DNA of 64,000 bases from an uncultured Planctomycetaceae bacterium (lineage in GTDB: Bacteria; Planctomycetota; Planctomycetia; Planctomycetales; Planctomycetaceae), in contig CAWFGE010000012.1 of assembly GCA_963815195.1 (NCBI GenBank), positions 1 to 64,000 of the forward strand, in the 5' to 3' direction. Under the pieces are notes generated by a model. It made no database searches. It worked only from the letters and a program-made list of their open reading frames with translations, and was not told where the DNA came from. Shown piece after piece: positions 1-9,317 of this stretch (the first letter of the stretch is position 1; every line of letters starts with the position of its first letter). The position numbers and the translations under genes are program-made.

Positions 1-13
1 GCCGCATCTTGAA

Positions 14-869
14 ATGGCACGGCACGGTCGTGGACATGCACGACTGGAAGCAGGCGCAGGAAACGCTGGCAACACACAGGCAGAACTGGCCAACATGACG
101 CGCGTGATGACGATGGCCCAGCTCACCGCGTCGATCGCGCACGAAGTCAACCAGCCTCTCTCCGGAATCATCACCAACGCCAGCACCTGTCTGCGAATGC
201 TCGATGCCGAGCCTCCGAATATTGAAGGCGCGCGTGAAACCGCCCGCCGCACGATCCGCGACGGCAATCGCGCATCCGAAGTCATCTCACGATTGCGGGC
301 TTTGTTCAGCAAGCGGCAAGCTACCACCGAGTCGGTCGATCTCAACGAAGCCGCGCGAGAAGTGATCGCGTTGCTCGTGAACAAGCTGCACAGAAACTCG
401 CGTGGTTTTGCGGTCCGAACTGGCCGACGACTTGCCGCTGATCACGGGTGATCGCGTGCAGCTTCAGCAGGTCATTATGAATCTATTGCAAAATGCATCA
501 GATGCGATGAGCGACGTGCACGGCCGCTCGCGACAGTTGCTGATTCAAACCCAGCGTGATGAAGCCGATCACGTGCGACTAACCGTGCAGGACAGTGGCA
601 TCGGTCTCGATACGCATGGCGGAGGCCGACTTTTCGACCAATTTTTCACCACCAAAAATGGCGGCATGGGAATCGGGCTGGCGGTCAGCCGATCGATTAT
701 CGAAAACCATCAGGGCCGCATCTGGGCCGAGCCAAACGACGGCCCCGGCGCGACGTTTTCATTTTCGATTCCTCGGAGTTCCGGGAGCGAGATCGGCGGG
801 CCCGTTGAGCCCGGCTCTAAGACCCGCCGCCAACAACCTGCGAAAGTTGTGAGGAATAATGATGGATAA
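14..869 (+). pseudogene. C-terminal part of a sensor histidine kinase (HisKA + HATPase_c), frameshifted near 398; 5' part outside the window
   Basis: H-box ASIAHEVNQPL in ORF 14..451; N-box QQVIMNLLQNA and G-boxes DSGIG, FFTTK, GMGIGL in ORF 402..869; removing one base at ~398 joins the frames. Confidence 0.85.
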
Positions 870-938
870 CGTCCACTTATTTCGATCATTGATGAAGATG
901 ATGAGTCTCTGCCTGACCTTATAATTGAATTTGGCTTG
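859..938 (+). pseudogene. Degenerate 5' fragment of a response regulator receiver gene, cut off by the IS21 end
   Basis: Frame from 870 reads RPLISIIDEDDESLPDLIIEFGL, resembling receiver N-termini (VxVVDDDESVRESLPDLL), and stops at the IS terminal TG. Confidence 0.5.
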
Positions 939-1281
939 TGTCACCGGGCACTTTAAAACCGGCCAGGGGTGGGCACTTCAAAACCGACAGGGGTGTGAAT
1001 GATTAGTGCCGCAACTTTGTCGCACAGTTTTTCTGTCGGTGGCAGTTTTGCTATCGGATGCTTGACCTCAATGGCTCAAGCCTCAGGTGGGGTTTTCTGG
1101 TCCTTTGAGCGTTTGGCTTGCTTATTTTCCGGGCAGTTTTTCTCCGCGGATTTCTCGCCCTGGACCCGGTGGGCACTTTGGCCGGTTTTGGGGCTTTGAT
1201 TCCCCGTCTGCGTTTGGCCGGTTTTGGCGTCCCGTTTGGGCTTCTTTTCTTGGTTGGTTTTGGTGTCCTGGGGAGTCGTTT

Positions 1282-1333
1282 TGGAGATCGGCGTGCAATT
1301 GGGACCCACTTCGGCGCGGAAATGGGACCCACC
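1282..1333. mobile_element. Terminal repeat of a second, different IS21-family element
   Basis: TG-start followed by two 23-bp-period units TCGGCG..GGGACCCAC (1288, 1311), ~65 bp downstream of the istB stop; unrelated to the 939/6340 repeats. Confidence 0.65.
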
Positions 1334-1398
1334 TGGGGTGGGGAATGATGTGGAATGGGGCAGGTTGGGAAGGAAAGACGGGCGTCGTCGGAGCCGAC

Positions 1399-1839
1399 TT
1401 AGCGGGTTTTCGGCTTCTTGTTTTCGGACGCTTTTTTGTCTTTCATCGACTGTTTGAAGCGGTAGCTTTCGCCGTTCATCTCGAAGATGTGGCAATGGTG
1501 CGTGATGCGGTCCAGTAATGCCGCGGTCATGCGTTCGCCTTGGAAGATTTGCCCCCAATCGCTAAAGGCCAGGTTGCTCGTGATCAGCAGGCTCTTGCGT
1601 TCGTAGCGATCCGCGAAGACCTGGAACAACAACTCTGCTCCCGACCGGTTGAACGACAAGTAACCCAGTTCATCCACGATCAACAAATCGAGCTTGTCGA
1701 GTTGGTTCAACAACCGCTCCAAGGTGTAATGTTTCTGAGCTTCTTCCAGGCGATTCACCAAAGCCGCGGCGGTGAAGAACTTGGTCTTATAACCCGCTCG
1801 GCACGCGGCCAGGCCCAATCCAATGCTGATATGAGTTTT
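1399..1839 (-). pseudogene. istB: istB 3' half (IS21 AAA+ helper ATPase), from the Walker A K-T-H onward
   Basis: KTHISIGLGLAACRAG...LLIVDELGY (Walker B)...LITSNL...AALLDRITHHC...GESYR. Confidence 0.9.
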
Positions 1840-1842
1840 GAC

Positions 1843-3918
1843 TCAGCCATTGTTGTGCCCCCTTGGGATAGTGATTTGCTCGGTTTCGTGATTTTTGAGT
1901 TTTAGCATGGCGTCTTTAACCTCCTCAGTTTTGGGAAACAGATAGCACCGATAAATTGGATCGACAGAAACCACGATCTGTCTTTGCTCAATTTTATGAT
2001 ACATCCAGGATATGTTGCGCCCGATTTCCTGAGCCATTTCCGCGGCGGTCCAGGCATGGGGCAGGTTCTTTGCACGCGGGCTTTTGATCCGGTAGCGATG
2101 TCTTAACTTGTTCACGATTTGCGAGGTGAATTGTTCGCCACGACAGGGATGATGGCCTTCGCGATTGAGATCCGCCGCGATCATTTCACTCGACCGGCCT
2201 TCGCTGGTTTCTTGCCGGATGCGTTCCACGATGTGCTCTTCCAAGTCCGTGTGTTTCATTGAAAAACGCCGTAGGAGAGCCGACGTTTCGGTCACCGAAC
2301 CGCCGGCCCAGACCATGCGAATTTGCACCAGCCCATCCGATTGCCGGTGAAGATTGACTCCCGTAATCATCGTCCGCAACAACGACTTCTTCGCCTCCCA
2401 AGACAACTCGGGCCAGAGTTCGGGAAGCTGCCGCCCGACATCCGCGAAGGCGTCTCGCAAGGACTTTGGTACGCGGATCGGTTGGGGAATTTCTCGGCGG
2501 GCATCCGCCAGGTTTTCTTCGGCTTGCTTTTGCGCCAACAAAGCCGATTCCCATTTCTCTTCCAGACTGGCCGCAATCAAACGGTTCTTGGGATCGACAC
2601 AGTCGTATTGTTGCTCGGCCCGATGGGCGGCGTATTGCAGTCGCCCGACGTCTTGCTCCAAATGCCGAACCACGTCCGCATGCGTGCGAGCCCTTTCGGC
2701 GGAGAGTTTCTCCAACACATCGATCTCGGCAGGCCGCAGCACTTCAAAGAAAGCTTCCGTCACCGCCTCGTCGATCTTGTTGCCGCCCAAGTACTGGCAG
2801 GATCGTTGGGCGTAATGCCGATAGCCAGAATTGCATGAGTATTGAAAGCGGTTCTCCTTGTAATTCACTCCCATCGTTCGACCGCATTTTCCGCAGCGCA
2901 ATAAGCCCGTTAACAACGCGCAGCCGTTGCGGATGGCTTGCTTGGCGGCGAGTCGTTGTTGGATGCGGAGGTTGTTTTGAGCGATTCGGCGTTGGTTGTC
3001 TTCGTACTGCTCCCAACTGATATAGGCCGGGTAGATGCCGGGAATTAAGACCGACCATTCCGCTTGGGGCCGGCGCGTGCGACCCGTGGCAGGACGACCG
3101 GGAATTCGTAGCGTGGGATCGACTTGCCGACGCCCATGAGCAAACGCGCCTGCATAAGCCGGGTTATGCAGGATCGAGCCCAACGAAGCGGCCGTGGCTT
3201 CTCTCCAAAACACTTCGCCCGCATAAAGGCCCGAAACTTGGTGCCGGGGAATCTTCAAATTTTTCTTGGCCAGGAACGTCAAGACTTTTTGAATCGTGCC
3301 CAACTCCACGAACTTGTCGAACACCAAATGCAATCGCTTTTGAATGCTCAGATCGGGATCGAGCATCACCGTCTTGTCCAGATTGCGGACCAAGCCCGTC
3401 GGCAAGTTTTGCACCAACTCGCCCCGCGCGGCCTTCGACAATCGACCCGCGTCCAATCGCAATCGGAGGCTATGGAGCTCTGCCGAAGACATCGTGCCCT
3501 TCAAGCCTAAGAGGAGCCTGTCGTTGAAATCCCGTGGATGATACAACCCATCCACATCACCGATGAGTGTGTCAAAGATCGCACACAATTCCAACAGTCG
3601 ATGCCAGTCCACATCGTTGCGGGAAAGCCGCGAAACTTCATAGCCCAGAATGATGCCGACCTTACCCAAGCCGACGTCGGCGACCATCTGTTGAAAGGCC
3701 CCGCGTCCCGCCGTTTGCGTGGCCGATTGCCCTTGATCATCCTCCAGGATGCTGACTTGTTCCGGCTTCCACCCCAACTCCAACAACCGGGTTTTCAAGG
3801 CTCGCTGGTTGTGGGCACTCTCTTGGTTTTTCTCGACCTGCTTCGTCGTGCTCTGACGAAGATATACGATCCCGCGGCGATTCAAATGGCTGGTGCTGAC
3901 TTTCATCGATCCGTTCAT
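1843..3918 (-). CDS. Large serine recombinase (resolvase, recombinase and Zn-ribbon domains), 691 aa
   Basis: YLRQST catalytic motif, EVSRLSR, LLLGLKGTMS, NPAYAG, LLTGLLRCGKCG. Confidence 0.93.
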   Translation of the reverse strand: MNGSMKVSTSHLNRRGIVYLRQSTTKQVEKNQESAHNQRALKTRLLELGWKPEQVSILEDDQGQSATQTAGRGAFQQMVADVGLGKVGIILGYEVSRLSRNDVDWHRLLELCAIFDTLIGDVDGLYHPRDFNDRLLLGLKGTMSSAELHSLRLRLDAGRLSKAARGELVQNLPTGLVRNLDKTVMLDPDLSIQKRLHLVFDKFVELGTIQKVLTFLAKKNLKIPRHQVSGLYAGEVFWREATAASLGSILHNPAYAGAFAHGRRQVDPTLRIPGRPATGRTRRPQAEWSVLIPGIYPAYISWEQYEDNQRRIAQNNLRIQQRLAAKQAIRNGCALLTGLLRCGKCGRTMGVNYKENRFQYSCNSGYRHYAQRSCQYLGGNKIDEAVTEAFFEVLRPAEIDVLEKLSAERARTHADVVRHLEQDVGRLQYAAHRAEQQYDCVDPKNRLIAASLEEKWESALLAQKQAEENLADARREIPQPIRVPKSLRDAFADVGRQLPELWPELSWEAKKSLLRTMITGVNLHRQSDGLVQIRMVWAGGSVTETSALLRRFSMKHTDLEEHIVERIRQETSEGRSSEMIAADLNREGHHPCRGEQFTSQIVNKLRHRYRIKSPRAKNLPHAWTAAEMAQEIGRNISWMYHKIEQRQIVVSVDPIYRCYLFPKTEEVKDAMLKLKNHETEQITIPRGHNNG

Positions 3919-4021
3919 GCTCCAGTTCCTCCGTTAGAATGACGACGATTTGCTGGATGATCCGCTGCTGCTCTGGAAGAGTCAGACGGTTCCACACCTG
4001 GTCCGTGGCAATGGGTGACAT
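3737..4021 (-). CDS. Small hypothetical accessory protein overlapping the LSR start
   Basis: ATG with GGAGGG/GGAAG upstream; helical N-terminus VWNRLTLPEQQRIIQQIV; position typical of small ORFs ahead of such recombinases. Confidence 0.5.
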   Translation of the reverse strand: MSPIATDQVWNRLTLPEQQRIIQQIVVILTEELEHERIDESQHQPFESPRDRISSSEHDEAGREKPRECPQPASLENPVVGVGVEAGTSQHPGG

Positions 4022-4315
4022 CGGCTTCCCTCCGAGAAAGAATATCCCGAAAGGTAGTCACCAAATCCTGGAGCGCGTCCAGGGTCAGACAGGAAGTTTT
4101 TTGGGGAGGAGCGGTGGAAAGGTTCGTGCTGCTGACGTCGATGTAGGTCATCTCGTCAGGAAAAATCTCGACTTGATAATACTGACGATAACCTGGCAGG
4201 CGGGCTAAGCCGAACAAATCAAATGTTCGGCCATAAAGCGGATGGGCCGGATCGGTGACGGTGATCTCACCGCGCGATAACTGAGTGACCAGAGGGGTCT
4301 TGTGATGGTCGGACC
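3915..4315 (-). CDS. Accessory ORF (DUF5372-like ITVTDPAHPLYGRTF motif) with no ATG upstream of the motif in the integrated state
   Basis: Frame of ORF 3915..4217 stays open upstream to the element boundary; motif recognised from memory. Confidence 0.55.
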
Positions 4316-4647
4316 TTCCCAGTTCCGGGCGGACCGAGCAGCAAAATGTCGGCGGCTTCGCGAATAAACTTCCCCGTCGCCAGGTCCATGATTCGGCGTT
4401 TGGGGAGAGTGGGGTTGAAGGAAAAATCGAGTTGGTCGAGGGTCTTCATCTCGCGGAACTGGGCCAGCTTCAATCGCCGATCGATCGCCCGTTGGCGACG
4501 GATTGCCAACTCATCGCTTAACACCAGTTCCAAGAACTCGGCATGCGACAAGCCGTTGCCGATGGCTTCTTGCAGCCTGACTTCCAAGGATTCGATCAGG
4601 CCGCTCAAGCGGAGTTGCTTCAGCATCTGCATTAAATTTCCATTCAT
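4316..4647 (-). pseudogene. istB: istB 5' half, ending in Walker A GPPGTGK
   Basis: LKQLRLSG...KTLDQLDFSFNP...ILLLGPPGTGK; ATGA overlap with the istA stop. Confidence 0.9.
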
Positions 4648-6226
4648 CGGTTTTGCTCCTTTCGAAGAGCGGCTTTGACAAACTCGGAATAACTCACCAG
4701 CGGCCGAATGACCGGGTGTTCGTCTAAAAACTCAAACTGGGCTTGCACGGGGGCGTTGCGGTCGATCAGCTTGCGAACGGTCCTCAGTCGGTAGGCTCCA
4801 TACGAGTGGGCGGTGCGGCACGCGCGTTCGATGTCCTCGCGCGAATGCTTGTCGGCCAGTTGCTTGAGGCCCATCAACACCCGCACGCCCTCAATGCCGC
4901 GTGCTCCCAGCATGGCCGCGGACCAATCCCTGGTTTCCGGGCCGATTTCGCTGACTTTCGCCAGCCACCAGGTGGCTCCGCGTTCCACGCCGGAGATTTT
5001 CCTCGCGTGCAAATGGGTGTTCTGCGTGCTGAACTTTCCCGGTTCTTGACGGGCATGCAAGGCGATCTGTTCCAGCTTGGCATTGAAGATGCGCACCAGC
5101 CGCGCATCCCAGCGCACCCAGACTTTCCTTCCCAGAAATTCCGGCGGCACGGAGTAATACGCCTTGTCCACGGAAATGTGCCCATCGCGATGCACGCTCC
5201 GCAGGGCTTCATGGAAAAACGGAAATCGTTCCAACGGCAACGGCAACGGAAACAGTGCTGACCGTTCCCGTTCGCGAAACGCCTTGCCCACTTGCTCTCT
5301 GGTCGTTCCATGAATCCGCGTATCGGCCACGGTGGATTCCCAGGCCCACAAGTGTTCGTTCTGTTCGCGCAGGCTTCGGAACGTCCGCCCTTTGAGTGCG
5401 TTTTCTTGGGCGTAGTCCACGCCGCGTTCGACCTTGCCTTTGTGTCGGGGCGTGCGAACCCGCGTGGGCAAAAACACCGTGCCGTAGTGCGCGGCGAACG
5501 ATTGAATCTTGGGGTTCAGTTCCGGGTCGAACCAATCCGCCTTGCTCACGGCGGCGCGCAAGTTATCGATGATCAGAGTCTTGGGCACACCTCCAAAATG
5601 CCAGAACGCACTCTCCAGACACCGAATGAAGTTGTCGGTGGTCTGGCGATCGATCGCTTCCGTGTAGCCTTTACGGCTGTGGCTCAGCACGACCCGCAAC
5701 ACGTGTGGCCGGCGACGACGGCCGTTCTCATCCACGACGGCCGCGGCTTGGCCAAAGTCCACTTGAGCTTCCGCGCCGGGTGCGCATTCCAATCGACGAA
5801 ACGGCAACTCCTTCGAAGACCGCAACTGCCGCACGAAGCGTTTCACGCTGTCGTAGCCATGGGGAAAATCATGGTCATTCGACAGGTCCTGGAAAATTCG
5901 CTGCGCGGAAAGTCCCTGGCCGAGCTTTTCTAAAATGACATCCCGCCAAGGCTCGCAGCGGCTCCGCGAAAGTTCCGACTCGTCCTTCTCAGAATCGTCT
6001 TCAAGGGCCTCACGAAGGTCCTCCGACCCGGCGGGCAGTTGGCCCTCGGACCCGGTGGGCACTTTGGCCTCGGACCCGGTGGGCACTTTGGCCGGTTTTG
6101 AAGCGAGATGGGCGGCCACCGTTGAACGGTGAATGCCCAATTCGCGGGCAATCTTGCGCAAAGACCAGCCTTGAGGCGCAAAGTGTGAATGGCTTGAACC
6201 GTGTCCATCGAGAGCTGATTCGACAT
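4644..6226 (-). CDS. istA: IS21 transposase IstA (DDE), apparent 1-bp frameshift near 6173
   Basis: HTH GWSLRKIARELGIHRSTV; AQVDFG, IIDNLRAAV, KGKVERGV; ATG at 6226 with GAGGA SD lies in another frame. Confidence 0.9.
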
Positions 6227-6439
6227 CGCTTGTTTTCCTCTGAGAAAACTCAAAGGAGAACAAAATGTCGAATCCCTTTCCTCTCAAAATGGCCGGTTTT
6301 GAACTGCCCACAAGTGGCCGGTTTTCACTGCCCGGTGACATTACGCCGTTTTTCGACCGGCTTATCGAACGACGGGTTCTACAGTACCAGTCTAGCCTGA
6401 TGGTGCGGGGGGCAGGGGGCTGAAAATTTCGTTTCACCG

Positions 6440-7024
6440 CTAAAACTGATAGGTGATCGCCTTGTTGTTTTCCAAGACCATCTTTTTCGCAAAGAGGGTG
6501 TCCACAATACGCTCCACCTCCTTTTGCGTAATCTTGTTCTGAAAGATCGAGAGGATGTGTTGTGCGAGGGTCTTTCGCTTCCGTGGTCGTGACTTCTTTT
6601 CCGATTTTCCAAGAATCTCAATCACGCGTTGGAAGTTTGGATCGTTCGGGGGAGGATCTCTCTTTGGTTCGAGTTCCACCATGCTGCTAATTCGCCGACA
6701 TTTCAGACCGTTTTTCTTCAGATGTCGCAGGAGAGGATCAAAGCCTTTGTCCCTGGAAAGAACAAAACATTCGAGCTGAGATTCTCGCTCGGCAATGCGG
6801 CCCAACTCACAGGCGATAAAGAAATCCAGAGCGTTCTTACCATTGGCGTCGATCCGGCTCCATTGCACGCGCGTTCCAAGTTTCTGGGCATTCGCAACCA
6901 ATTCTATGGGAATGCTTTTTTGCGATGCCCCGACAAAAATCGTGACGCGGACGTTTTTGTCCAATCGCGCAAGTTCCACGTGCTGCACGTTCTCAAAGTC
7001 GATCAGCAGTAGTCTCTGAATCAT
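6440..7024 (-). CDS. PIN/NYN-like nuclease domain protein with C-terminal winged-helix-like domain
   Basis: LLIDFENVQ, GKNALDF, SRDKGFDPL acidic PIN motifs. Confidence 0.75.
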   Translation of the reverse strand: MIQRLLLIDFENVQHVELARLDKNVRVTIFVGASQKSIPIELVANAQKLGTRVQWSRIDANGKNALDFFIACELGRIAERESQLECFVLSRDKGFDPLLRHLKKNGLKCRRISSMVELEPKRDPPPNDPNFQRVIEILGKSEKKSRPRKRKTLAQHILSIFQNKITQKEVERIVDTLFAKKMVLENNKAITYQF

Positions 7025-7428
7025 CGTGACTCGCCATCACGGTTGTCGTCGCAATTCCAGTGGCCCCGCCCACCAATCCTCCATGTCAATGTTATCATAC
7101 AGTTTGGCGGCGGAACGGCCCCTTTCTGAGGGATTCCGTGCTCGGCCCTTCGATTCCGAATCACTCCTGCAAACGACAGATTCCCTATAACCAATTCACA
7201 GAATCGATCCGGCCCCAGGTACCGGAAAAACGATGGAGTTCAAGAAGGAATGCGGCTTCGAGAGAATGTTGAATTTGTCGAACGCGAGAAAGCCTTTCCC
7301 TCCACCATTGGTGTTGTTCCTCTCAGCGGGTGAACTCATCGTGCTCAAACGAACTTCTACCTCATGGTGATCTCCCAGATCGCCACCCGGAGAAGATTGA
7401 CATCCGAGTTGGTCTTGGGAAACGTCTC

Positions 7429-8667
7429 TCAAAGCGACGACTGCCGGTAGCGATAGCACCACACTTCATCATAGCCGACCACAACGAAGACATTGCGGGC
7501 GGTGTCCATGTAGGCCAAGATCCGCTCCTTGGGACCGAACGGGGGCTTCGGCCCTTCCGGGTTGAGCTTCGTCCATTGCCTTTGGTCGGGACCGTACGCC
7601 CAAATGGCTTTGCTCTCACGCTCGTAGAGCAGAGCGACCTTTCCCACCGGGTCGAAATACATCCAGGAGCGGGCATCATGGCCGTTGGGGAGGTCCTCCG
7701 CTTCGAGTACCTGTTCCCAGCCGCTGACTTGACCATCTTGAATCTTCATGTGCCATGTCCGGGGCTTGGAATCCTTCACTGGCCCCCGGTGAGCGATCAA
7801 CAAGTGGCGGTCGGGATCGTGGCAGACCAGCGTTTCGATCGGCAGGGACGCTCCCGTCTCGCCGAGCAGTTTCCAGGTGTGCTTCATCGAATCCAGGAGC
7901 CACGCCTTGTCGCTATACTGCCAGAGTGAGCCCCTCAGTTTGGGGACGTATTCGAGCGAAGCCCCGAATTGATTTCGCGGCCAGGGCTCCTCGGTCGGAA
8001 GCGGCTGCCACTGCTTGGCTTTGAGATCGAATCCCCAAAGCGGTGGACCGGGGTAGAGGTCGTCCTTCTTGGCCCCAATGGCCTCCAACTTGTCCTTCAG
8101 GCGATAACCGGGCCAGGCACAATACCAGAGGGCCATCTGCTGCTTGGGGTCGTAGGTCAAGCCCCACCACGTGTGACCGGGATGAGCGGGGCCCCCGTTT
8201 TTCGTCCGCAGCCAACCGTCCTTGAGGACCAGCGTGTTCTTGTCGTAGTCGGTGATTGGTCCCCGGTCGTTGTAGTCGGGCGTGTAGAGCAGCACCCAAG
8301 TGTTAGAGGCCAAGTCGTATTCCCAGGCATCATTGAAGCGGTGCGGCGAACCATGATTCGCTCCACAGAAGAACGCCCGCTTGCGATCGGGCATCCAGGC
8401 CATCTTGATGGTAAAATCCCGACCTGCCGGCCCCGTCTCTTTCATGCGGTGCCAGCCCTTGGCAAAGTCTCCCAAGTCCTCGTTCACCCGTGGGTTCCCC
8501 ACAAGACAGCAACTGTTCTCGCCAAGAGCATCGAGTTTCCCGAGGAGTGCCTGATCGGGTTCCAGGATGGGCTCGGTGGGTTTGCGATCCGCGGCCCACA
8601 TCCGCCGTCCAAGCAGGGCGGCACCGCCAATGAGCGTGAATTTCAAAAAGTCCCGGCGTTTCCACAT
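7429..8667 (-). CDS. Tat-exported beta-propeller (Kelch-like) protein
   Basis: KRRDFLK Tat motif; repeated W-x-YD/W-x-LL blades. Confidence 0.65.
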   Translation of the reverse strand: MWKRRDFLKFTLIGGAALLGRRMWAADRKPTEPILEPDQALLGKLDALGENSCCLVGNPRVNEDLGDFAKGWHRMKETGPAGRDFTIKMAWMPDRKRAFFCGANHGSPHRFNDAWEYDLASNTWVLLYTPDYNDRGPITDYDKNTLVLKDGWLRTKNGGPAHPGHTWWGLTYDPKQQMALWYCAWPGYRLKDKLEAIGAKKDDLYPGPPLWGFDLKAKQWQPLPTEEPWPRNQFGASLEYVPKLRGSLWQYSDKAWLLDSMKHTWKLLGETGASLPIETLVCHDPDRHLLIAHRGPVKDSKPRTWHMKIQDGQVSGWEQVLEAEDLPNGHDARSWMYFDPVGKVALLYERESKAIWAYGPDQRQWTKLNPEGPKPPFGPKERILAYMDTARNVFVVVGYDEVWCYRYRQSSL

Positions 8668-8804
8668 GAGCTGTTATCCTTGATGAGCGTAGAAGATTTT
8701 CGGAGAACACCGCCCGTGAGAATGGCATTCTCGCAGCCCAGTCGCGAGGATTCAATCATCTCACCTGGGCGTCGGACTCAATCGGCATGGAGTCCTTGCC
8801 AGCG

Positions 8805-9317
8805 TTACCGAGCTTCGGCAAATGACTGCCACGCATCAATAATCGTTGCGGCTCTAGACTCGGCGGTGCGAATTGCACGATCCCAGGCCGGCAGCCGCAT
8901 CTCAGGTTCGTAAGCATGGCCGACAGATTTCACCGCAAGGTGGATGAGCACTCGGAGTCCGATTTCCGCGTGTGCGAATACCGCCAAGTCGCCAAGAACC
9001 TCCAGCCAAGCGTCAATGTAACGGTTGGTTCTATCCGTGGCCTCCATCCACAGTTGGGTTCGGTTTCCTTCCGGGGCCTGTGCCAGGACTCCCGTCTCGC
9101 AAGCCTCCACGACTTGTTCGAGCCGATCGCCGTCAATCGGTATCCGGCGTTGTTTCCCCGATGCTGGGTTCCTCGCGGATTCGCAATAGTTCCACAGGTC
9201 TGTCATTTTGGATTCCAGGGCGTCGAACATCTTGAGCTGCTGGCACTGATGTTCAACGAGGCGACGTGCGCCCGGCATTCGTAGAGTCATCGGCAAGTCA
9301 TCGACATGGTAAGTCAT
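8805..9317 (-). CDS. Hypothetical protein
   Basis: 170-aa ORF with GGAG SD and ATGA overlap with the upstream ORF. Confidence 0.55.
   Translation of the reverse strand: MTYHVDDLPMTLRMPGARRLVEHQCQQLKMFDALESKMTDLWNYCESARNPASGKQRRIPIDGDRLEQVVEACETGVLAQAPEGNRTQLWMEATDRTNRYIDAWLEVLGDLAVFAHAEIGLRVLIHLAVKSVGHAYEPEMRLPAWDRAIRTAESRAATIIDAWQSFAEAR

Larger units (their letters stand above)
1838..4317 (-). mobile_element. Large serine recombinase element inserted in the istB Walker A codons
   Basis: Minus-strand junctions GGG-AA|GGTCCG (AA=4317-4316) and TGAGTC|AA-AACTCAT (AA=1839-1838); removal restores GGG AAA ACT CAT. Confidence 0.85.
939..6340 (-). mobile_element. IS21-family insertion sequence (composite, interrupted)
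   Basis: Inverted ends TGTCACCGGGCACTTTAAAACCGGCCA (939) and, on the minus strand from 6340, TGTCACCGGGCAGTGAAAACCGGCCA, each with a second subterminal repeat; encloses istA and istB; no target duplication seen. Confidence 0.9.

Noticed and set aside
6160..6180. Programmed frameshift in istA
   Set aside because: No slippery heptamer is visible, and similar indels occur throughout the window.
931..6348. Target-site duplication of the IS21
   Set aside because: The flanks TTGGCTTG and TTACGCCG do not match.
6227..6437. Extended N-terminus of IstA in the ORF track
   Set aside because: It crosses the IS terminal repeat; the plausible start is ATG 6226 in another frame.
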